Below the pieces are notes generated by a model that was not told the DNA's origin, searched no databases, and saw only the letters and a program-made list of their open reading frames with translations. A stretch of DNA of 64,000 nt from Stegostoma tigrinum (taxonomy: Eukaryota): positions 26,147,942 through 26,211,941 of the forward strand of contig NC_081383.1 in assembly GCF_030684315.1 (NCBI RefSeq), written 5' to 3'. Below are positions 55,338-64,000 of the stretch, piece after piece. Both the position numbers and the translations under genes were made by a program. The stretch's first letter is position 1. Each line of letters opens with the position of its first letter.

Positions 55338-55595
55338 ACTCCTAAATTTGGCCAAGATAACAAAGTGTGGAGCTGGATGAACACAGCAGACCAAGCAGCA
55401 TCTCAGGAGCACAAAAGCTGACATTTCGGGCCTAGACCCTTCATCAGACTCCTCTGATGAAGGGTCTAGGCCCGAAACATCAGCTTTTGTGCTCCCAAGA
55501 TGCTGCTTGGCCCGCTATGTTCATCCAGCTCCACACTTTGTTATCTTGGATTCTACCGCATCTACAGTTCCCATTAGCACTCCTAAATTTGGCCA
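55338..55595. mobile_element. Penelope-derived foldback element with 17-bp target-site duplication
   Basis: Arms 55352-55448 and 55453-55549 are near-perfect reverse complements around a 4-nt loop; actcctaaatttggcca occurs at 55338-55354 and 55579-55595. Confidence 0.85.
55454..55482 (+). ncRNA. Minimal hammerhead ribozyme-like motif (representative copy)
   Basis: CTGATGA a GGG tctag g CCC GAAA catc: conserved CUGANGA and GAAA boxes around a short stem II, as in Penelope terminal repeats. Activity not demonstrated. Confidence 0.6.
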
Positions 55596-55837
55596 CTCTT
55601 GCTGACTGCAAGTACAGTTCATATTTTTGAAATACTTTTGCTACAGTGCAGGCAGAATTTGTCTCTTGGGTTTGGACCAAGTCTCTATGGGCAGCAATAC
55701 CAACTCATTTAGTGCCCAAATTTACCAGCTGTCATGACATTCACCAGGACATTAACATTAGCGAAACTCAGTATCAGACTATCTTTCGGAAAACATGTCC
55801 GTGGGGTGGGGAACATACCTGGACCAACCGTGCACAT

Positions 55838-55896
55838 CTGAAGTGACAGCCATTTCCTGCAGTACACACTCCCAAACATCTGCCAGTATTGATTTC
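55838..55896 (-). pseudogene. pnhd: pinhead penultimate exon (disabled donor)
   Basis: ttacag|EINTGRCLGVCTAGNGCHF(R), 59 nt, matching the recalled EIDVGRCLG.C..GN.CLLR. The donor reads AG|atgtgc instead of GT. Phase 2 joins the terminal exon correctly. Confidence 0.8.
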
Positions 55897-56006
55897 CTGT
55901 AACATTATCACAACAAAGAGGTTCGGTCACGACAGGAACTAATGTGATGCACAAAAGCCAAACACTGAGCAAACTGCAGCTGCTGAGTAATTAACACCTC
56001 CAGTAT

Positions 56007-56187
56007 CTTCAGGCCCTCTTCCTTCTCACCGCTGGAGTTAATGGTGATCACAAAGTAATACTCCACATGGGGCAGTCTGGAACAGTTCTGTCTCACCTCA
56101 CACAATTCCACAGTTTGAATAAACTCTAATCCATTTGGATTCTCAACACAACTGTTTCAAATTTGGTGGGTACACATCCCAAGCCAC
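56007..56187 (-). pseudogene. pnhd: pinhead internal exon (frameshifted)
   Basis: ctgtag|GT GGC: GLGCVPTKFETVV, 1-nt deletion near 56146, then ENPNGLEFIQTVELCEVRQNCSRLPHVEYYFVITINSSGEKEEGLK. Matches recalled CVPTKF..VE.PN..E.IQTV..CE....C.R.P.VEY....G.KEE.LK. The donor reads AAG|atactg. Confidence 0.82.
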
Positions 56188-57734
56188 CTACAGGGAGTAA
56201 ACAAAACAAAGGCAATATTTTGAGGAAAGAGATTGGCTTTCTTTAATGATGATATTCCCCTAATTTCTTCGTTAAGGATTAACTCAGAGAACATTACATT
56301 AGCAGAACCTACTTTAGGAGGGAGCTACACAGTTGTACCTCAACAGCAGTGAGCACTTGTATCTAATATGGAGAGGACGCTGTAATTTTGGGTACAATGA
56401 TTAGAAACTTAAATGTTATGCAACTTTTCAGCCTTGATCACTATCTGCAAGTCTTTTTAAAATTCTGCCATGAATTTTATATAGCTATTTTGTTTATTTT
56501 CTCCATAAGATTAGGTGTCCCCATCAATCAGTAGCAACCTATTGTCCTGTCCCTTATTCTCGCTCTTACTGCTTGTCCCTTATTTTTCTTTATTCATTCA
56601 TGGAATGAGGGCACTGCTGGCTAGGCAACATTTATTGCTCATCCCTAATTGCCCAGAGGGCAGTTAAGAGTTAACCACATTGCTGTGGGTCTAGAATCAC
56701 ATGTAGGCCCAGACCAGGTAAGGATGGCAGTTTCCTTCCCCCAACATCTGAAGAAGGAATAAGACTCCAAAAGCTTGCGTTTTCAAATAAACCTGTTGGA
56801 CGATAAATTGGTGTCATGTGATTTCTGACCTTTCCTAAAGGGCATTAGTGGACTAGATGGGATTTTCGCTGACAAACAATGGAGTCACGGTGATCATTAG
56901 ACTTATAATTCCAGATATTTATTGAATTCAAATTCCACCATTTGCTGTGGTGGGATTTGAACCCAGGTCCCTGGAACATTATCTCAGTCTCTGGATTAAC
57001 TAGCCAGCGCCTACCCTCCAAGCCATCTTCTTCCCCCATCCTGATTTCAGTTAGGATGGAGTCTAATGTCTACTGAAACTCCTCTCGAAGGTTACTGATC
57101 TTGCATTACATAAATTAGAGTTAATGAAAATTAAATTTGGCAGCGATGCAACAGGCTATCATTAACTATCATCCATTTTACTGTATCACATGGGCAAAAT
57201 CCACCACCACTCTCTCCCCCCCCCCCTCCCCGACCCTTACTCCGAGAATACACATCAAGACCCATGTAAATTACATAGCAAAGTTTCATAGTGGATCAAA
57301 TTTTCCTCGACCCATGGTGGTAGACTTGGAGTTAGGACGGGTCAGCTTTGTGCATGGGAAGTGTGCCCATAATGAATTCTCCTTAGTTCACTTCGTGGCA
57401 GCTCTTCACACAGTGTCTGGTTGTTTAAAACATGTCTAATTCCTTTCCTCACAAAACAGCACTTGGCATTAAATTTCTTTTTATGGAAACCTCTTATGGT
57501 TACAGTTACAGACAACAATGACCTCTCTTTCAGTGAAAGATAGTGCATTTAACACTGTTTTATAGGATAGACATCAAGAAATGGTATGTGTACTTGTTGA
57601 GGAATTCAAAGTGACAGGTCAGAAGGATCAGATATCATCCCCAGTAAAGAATCCAAGATAAACATCTTATCCTGTGAATGTGGAATGGAATATGATTAGA
57701 ATGTGCAGCTTGTTACCATGTGGACTAATTGAAG

Positions 57735-58020
57735 AACAAAGTGTGGAATCAGGCCATCAGCCCAAATTGACCCTCTGAAGGCCATCCTGCCCAGACTCAC
57801 CCCACATCTCCCATGGCTAATTCACCTAGCCTGCACATCCTTGGCAATTTAGCACAGCCAATAAACCTAACCTGCACATCTTTGGACTGTGGAAGGAAAT
57901 CCACACTGATACAAGGAGAGTGTGTAAACTCCACACTGGCAGACGGTCACCTGAGAGTAGAATTGAACTCAGGTTCCTGGTGCTGTGACACAGCAACACT
58001 AACTGCTGAGCCAATGTGCT
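57735..58020 (-). mobile_element. HE1-like SINE, reverse orientation
   Basis: Reverse-complement similarity to 19028-19357. Confidence 0.8.
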
Positions 58021-59309
58021 GCAATAGTTTCGTATTGCAGGGGAAGCCTAATAGTGTAAGGAAGAAAGAAGTGGAAGCAAGGTGACCAGATTTCAAAAGT
58101 CAAAACTGGAACCCTTTAAAAAGTCAAATGAGAAGTTGACACATCAGTTGCCAACAACAGGAGTCTGCAGAGGTCTTTTGAAGGTGGGAGGGGATGTGAT
58201 GACATCTCCCAGAATGTTTCAGCCAGAGTTGGCAATCCTTTACTGTAGATTGTTTAAAAAGGCATCTCAGCCTGAGGATTTTGGGTAATCCAAGATAGAG
58301 GGTGGGAAAAGAATGTGGATGTAAGAGTTGCTCCTTTTTTAAGTTGTTTTCAGTGTTGTAGCTGATTTCCTCGAAATCTAGGAGCAGTAGTTGCTGTTTT
58401 ATAAGCTGTGGCATTGTTTTGGAACTTTGTGGGAAAAAAAAATCAGAACAACAGCACTTTTATAGGTGAGGAAGAGATGAAGGTAGTGGTAGTGACCAGA
58501 TGGGAAGTGATTCAAATGGAGAAAGAAACCCACACTGCTGTTTGTCCCAGAAGTGAGTCTGTCCGCTATTGCCTCTGGTGTTCTCTGGACGTTGGAGTTT
58601 GTCTTCATGCAAAGGCTGGTGGATGTATGGAATGAGCTTCCAAAGGAAATGGTAGAGGCTGGTACAATTACAACAACATTTAAAGAGGCATCTAGATGGG
58701 TATATATAAATAGGAAGAGGTTAGAGGCATACGGGCCAAATACTGGCAAATGGGACTAGATTGATTTAAGATATCTGGTTGGCATGGACTGAAGTGTCGA
58801 TTTCCATGCTGCACATCTCTGACTCAGCAATAGAGCCATTGGCATGAAAGCCATAGTGACTTGCCCAGGGGGCAGTAGAGAGAGAGCTCTAAGTCCTCTG
58901 CATACAATACAATGCGATGCAATGTAATTAATTGTTTTCAGGAAGAAGGATGAAATTTCCTACAGATTTTCTCTGCCAGAGCCAGTTTGTATTTGACAAT
59001 GAAAGGGGAGAATGTGAACCATGTATATTCAAATTATTTTTAGGATGTTATTGGGCCATCAGGATATTTAATGAAAACTTGACTTCTAGTAGTCCAAGTG
59101 GAACAATAAAGTGTTAAGTATAGTTGTGGCAGGAAGGACATGCCATGCATAAACATCAGAACAAACCAACTAAATTAAATGGCTTGTTCTGGTGCTGTAA
59201 ATCCTTTGTAATTTCTGTTCCTTTGTTCTACCCAAAGACTTGGACAGTGACGTTTATAGGAGAGAAAATAATGCCTGAGCTGGAATTTTCTCTTTTTTTG
59301 TATCCTCAG

Positions 59310-62300
59310 TGAACTCATTCTATGAGATCCACTTGGCTGACATCATTATAATCACGACATCCCTCCACCTCTGTGTCCAAGGACACAGGCCGGTCCTTTT
59401 TTTAAGCTCCACCTGGGGTTTTAGCACCAGGTCAGGTTTCTCCAACTCTGCCTCAGATACAGGATTTTGCCTGTTGTGTTCAGAGTGCCTCATTGTCTTC
59501 TTCAGGCAGCAAAGGCCTCCAGGCCATGATATCTGCCATGTCCATCTCAAATTCCAAGCTATGTCAATGCCTGATGGAGAGGGAGAACCCAGTTCTAGAA
59601 CACTCCGAAAGGCTGTCGAAGCGCTGGGCATGTTTTGCTCCTGCACCATTTGCGAGTTTGCAGCTTTCATGTGGCGCGTGTGCTTGTTCAGAACTGTCAC
59701 ACCTACCCAAAATTTATATGTCAATGGACATGACTTCACATTGATCATACCTTTTACCCATGTAGGGCTCTTCCTATGATTCCAAAACCAAACTTTCTTC
59801 TCTTGAAATAACTGCCTCTCTCACTTCATGAAGTCTTGGGTCTGGCATTGGTGTTGCTGATGCAATTTCACCCTGCCCCACCCCCAGGTCCTGGAAGATC
59901 AGAATTAACCTGGTAAGAAGTTTTCTTCCCAATAACAACTCTGTGGAGCTATCCTTGTAGTTCCATGAGGGTTGGTCTAACAATCAAATAGGAACTAGGA
60001 CAGTTTGGTATCTAGGTAAGATGTAGGCTGTTTCTTTAAGCCTGCCTTCACTGTTTCTACTGCTCTTTCTGATATTGTATGGTGGATGGCCTGGAGCTGC
60101 CCTTATGTCAAATACCATTCAATCTTAGGAAATACTCAAATTCCCTGCTGATAAATGATATCTGAGATCAACACATCCGGGTGTCCGTTTATTGAAAAAG
60201 ATGTGTGCGGTTTCTCTATCGTCGTCTCCGTGAATGAACGCAATGCAAGTCCAGCCACTTTGAGTGGATGTCCACAATGCCTAAGAATAATGAGTCCCTG
60301 AAAGGACCTGCATTGTAACCAAGTCCAGGGTTTGCCCAGCCATTCCCATGAACGTGGGAGAGCCACTGGCAGTAATTTGTGTCCTTGTTGGCATTCTGGG
60401 CACTGCCCCACCAAAGCAGCTATGTCTGTATCCAATCCTGGCCACCAGACATAACCTATCACCAACATCCTCATTTTGGAAACTCCTGGAGTTCTGCTAG
60501 TATCTGGCAGCAATCTGTGTTTTGGACAATCGCACTTGCTCCCACAATAAGCTGTCCTTTATTATGATCTGGTCTCCCGGGTCCAAAAAGGTTTCAATGC
60601 TGGTTGTGACAACTGGTTGGTTTCCCCCATCACCTTTAGCTGTTTCAGTTTTGCCAGGCCAGGACCGGATCTATCTGCGTCCAAAATCTGATGTTGTCAG
60701 CTGTGACTGGAAGTGTGTCAAGAAAATTTAAAACCATTACCGACTCTCAGTGGTGGTACTCCTGGTGGTGCATCTGTCAGCGATGAGTGGCTCATTGCAA
60801 CCACATTTGTTAGTTGGCCTCCGACATGGTGTTCCAACTTGTAACTAAGTACACTTAGTATTAGAGCCCACCTCTGAATTCTGCCTGAAGCGATGTGTGG
60901 CATCGCCTTGTCCTCTTTAAAATAGGCCTTGCAGATGTTGATCGTCCATTATTATTACAAATTTACTTCCTTAAAAGGTATCGGTGGAACTTCCCGATTT
61001 CAAATACGACCGGCAAACCTTCCTTGTTTATCTGGGCATATTCACACCGTCCATTAGCCAAAGTCCTGGTTGCATATACTATTGCATGCCCCTTCCATTG
61101 GCCCAGCTATGAGCTAACACTACTCTGTGCCATGCAGGGAGGTATTGCATGTCAATACCACACCTCGCTTGGAATCAGTGTATCAACACCTTACAGGATG
61201 ACAGCTGTTTCTTCACTTCCCTGAAAGCTGTGGCTTGGCTATGTGACTATTTCAAGGCTGACACCTTTTCAAGAGTTGATGTACAGGTGCCAGAATGGAG
61301 GACAGCTTACGTATGAATTTTCCATTCTAATTCACTTGTCCAAGGTAAGACCGAAGCTCCAGTGCAGATGTTGGGGAGCTGGGGCACCTTTGACCACCCT
61401 CACTTTATCTTCCAATCAGTGTAACCCAGTCTTGACAATACTATAGCCCAAGTAGGTCACTTGGGGTGCCTGGAACATACATTTTTTTCTTTCCAAGGCA
61501 CACACCTGCCTGGGAGAAATGCCTATGGACTATATCCAAGTTCTCTAAGTGTACTTTATTGGTCTTCCCTGTAATTAACATGTCATCTAAATAATTGGCA
61601 ATGTGGGTAGACCTTATAAAATATGTTCCATTGTCCATTGAAAAATTACACAGGTTGATGATTCCCCAAATGGCAGTCTCATAACTGCAATTGCAAGTGT
61701 GGCTTGTATAAATCCTCTATGCAAGGTGCTTGATATTTATCCAGCTGCAAACAGCAGTTTACCATTTGTTTAAACTGTTCACAAGGGCAAACTGACCATT
61801 CAGACTTCAGAATTGGTACGGCCAGTGCTGCCCATTCTGCAAACTGGATTGATGCGATGATTCCTTCACTTTTCATTCTTCTGATTTCTGCCTCTCCTTT
61901 TAGCCATAATGCAAATGGCACTGCTGCAGCTTGCAGAATTGTGGAATTTGGGTGGAGTAATTTTGGATTGGGAGGCAGGAAATTAGAATTTGGTATTTGG
62001 TAATGCTGGGGTGTGGGGTTAAAGCATTTTGTGGTCCCTTTAAAATATGTGCTTTTACTATGCTTAGACATTTAAATAGATGTCAATGAGCAGCAGATTG
62101 AAAGTTTGCAGGTACATAGAGAGCACCCGAATTGAAACTTGTATCAAAAGGCCGTACAATTAGCAAGCCAGGTAGCAGTTTTGTTACCGAGACAAGTTTG
62201 AAATTTAGCCAATCATTTTGAACTAGGCGCTTAAATACCAAATACCAATTTAATTTAAATCTGATTTTTTTGACAACATAGGACCAATCCTAATGTAAGA

Positions 62301-64000
62301 AATTAATAGGCCATCAAGAGTATAAATGAAAAAGGCAGTTGGACAAAGATGGGGAGAACTAACTGCCAACTGCCAGAGTTAACAACTCCCAGCTCTCAAG
62401 AAAATTACTGGCTCTCACAGTCATCTCTAAATCTTAAAGAAAGCACCATCTAAATATCAAAGGCACCAATGGGACAACTAGTTTATATTTCTGACAGAAG
62501 AATTGTTGCAGAAGGCATTCCTGACAGAGTATTAACACAGAAGGCACAGAGCATTCCAGAAAACAAATAAACTGGCTGTAATTCTGAGACTAAATTCTAT
62601 TTTTTAAAATTTATTTTATATAAGTGTGACTTATATTTATTGGAACAGCTTAATCTTAGAATCTTGTTTTATTCTGGAATAGTTAGTGGTTAGAAGGTGT
62701 TTCCTCAGTTTAGTTAATTTGTTCACTGTTAGAGTTACATAACCAAATTGTTACTTGTTGACTGTAAAGAGAGAGTCAAGTTTTTTATTTTAGTTAATCA
62801 AAAGAAGTTGCTGAAAGACAAGTTACAGCAATTTTCACACTCCTTTTACAGATTATTAGGGTGAGGTGCTCCTCTTTAGGTGTTTCAATTTTAGTTCTTT
62901 GGGAGGGGAGTGGTCAAATTCCACTTTTAACAAATTGCTTCCTGGTCCACAAGCAAGGTGACCTTGACTCCTTTGAAAGTCTCTAGACCTCCCTCAAAAA
63001 CTTCTGTTTTTTTTTTAAAAGAACTCAAGCAGCCATTTTCTAATAAAAAAAATTGAGCTAATCTAGGTAAACCTTCCTCAACCAATTCTGCCCCATCAAG
63101 ATTGGGCTTGAACCTTTTGCTACAATTAGTGACAAAAGCAGCATCTGTTAATCATAAGAGACCCGAACCAAAGTTGTACCCTTAATCTGTAAGGTACGCG
63201 ATATAAATTGGTGGTCTAGCCAAGATCTTACACAAACTTAAGGGCTGGATTCCAAAGTAAATTTTGCTATTGACTGGTTCTACAATCACTGAAACAGCTG
63301 CACTAGAATCAACCTCCATTACAACCGGGTGACCATTTAACCAGACGTTTATTTTGATCAATTCTGATTTGGATGTTTTCAAGCAATTTAACTGTTCCAA
63401 ACCTTTCCAAGCTCTCCTGGATACCAGCCTATGAGTTATGTTACTCATTTTAAGTCTTGTGGGATTCTTGCACTGTCTTGAGTCGGCATACCAGCAGCAA
63501 CTACAATATCTTTCTGGCCTGGATCCTGAAGAAAATTTGAACCAATTAGTCAAGATTTGCCTTTGTTTTGGGTTTTGCTGTGGGCTGACCTGGAGTCCCT
63601 CGTCAGGAGATGTCCTGTGTAATTGCTTTCACTGTAGGGGTGTTCCCAAACTCAGTCAGACTGGGGAGGGTGTCCACTTCCATCGGAATACCCCGCAACT
63701 CTCATGCTCCACTTGCCACATTTTCCACTGGTAATGCCAGTTATCATGCCTTTTTGACACCTGGTTGTGCTTCAACTCACAGACACTTTAGCATGATTAC
63801 ATCATTAGTCCCACATACCAAACAGTCTCTCAGCATCTCATTAAGGGTTAAACCAAAGTCACATGCATCTGCTGGGCATCTTAACCTAATCAATAATGCC
63901 GATACAGATTTCACCTTATTCTTGAATTGCTAAGTAAAACCAATAGCGTCTCAGAATTATCAGTGGCTTGCGGTCATAACTCTTGAAAGGTTTTAAGATC
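59310..64000 (-). mobile_element. Decayed Gypsy/Ty3 LTR retrotransposon (gag-pol remnants), interrupted by an insertion at about 61960-62930
   Basis: Protease (VWLNGHPVVMEVDSSAAVSVI, about 63300), RT (WAALAVPILK; YLDDMLITG, about 61580), RNase H (RIQRWALILS) and integrase (GVSKMR..YVWWPGLDTDI..CPECQ) in Gypsy order, with many stops and frameshifts. Confidence 0.88.

Noticed and set aside
55897-56006. AT-starting pinhead introns as U12-type AT-AC introns
   Set aside because: They end in AG and lack the ATATCCTT 5' consensus.
59309-59779. Overlapping 142-156 aa ORFs as a host gene
   Set aside because: They lie at the 3' end of the Gypsy pol remnant and show no host-gene motifs or splice context.
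1-64000. CRISPR arrays, rRNA or prokaryotic operon-type systems
   Set aside because: The sequence is intron-containing vertebrate DNA; no regularly spaced repeats or rRNA signatures were seen.

Overview
Vertebrate genomic DNA, almost certainly a cartilaginous fish (shark), judged from HE1-like SINEs, CR1 LINEs and Penelope elements. Four protein-coding genes could be rebuilt by hand with GT-AG junctions in consistent phase. They are NDUFA11 (minus; exons 1-2, rest beyond the left edge), a NIM1K-type AMPK-related kinase (minus, 3 coding exons, 435 aa), POLE4 (plus, 4 exons, 108 aa) and ADMP (minus, 5 exons, 381 aa). About 11 kb upstream of ADMP on the same strand, and mostly invisible in the ORF track, are three exons of pinhead (pnhd), the secreted cystine-knot partner gene known to sit in tandem with Admp in chordates. 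Here pinhead looks dead: a 1-nt frameshift, an in-frame TGA, two GT>AT donors, a GAG acceptor and lost cysteines, while ADMP is intact. Its 5' exons were not found, and a decayed Gypsy LTR retrotransposon fills the right end of the window. The window also has about a dozen Penelope-derived minimal hammerhead ribozyme motifs, some in short hairpin elements with target-site duplications, and two unexplained inverted duplications. All homology calls are from memory of the families, not from database searches.
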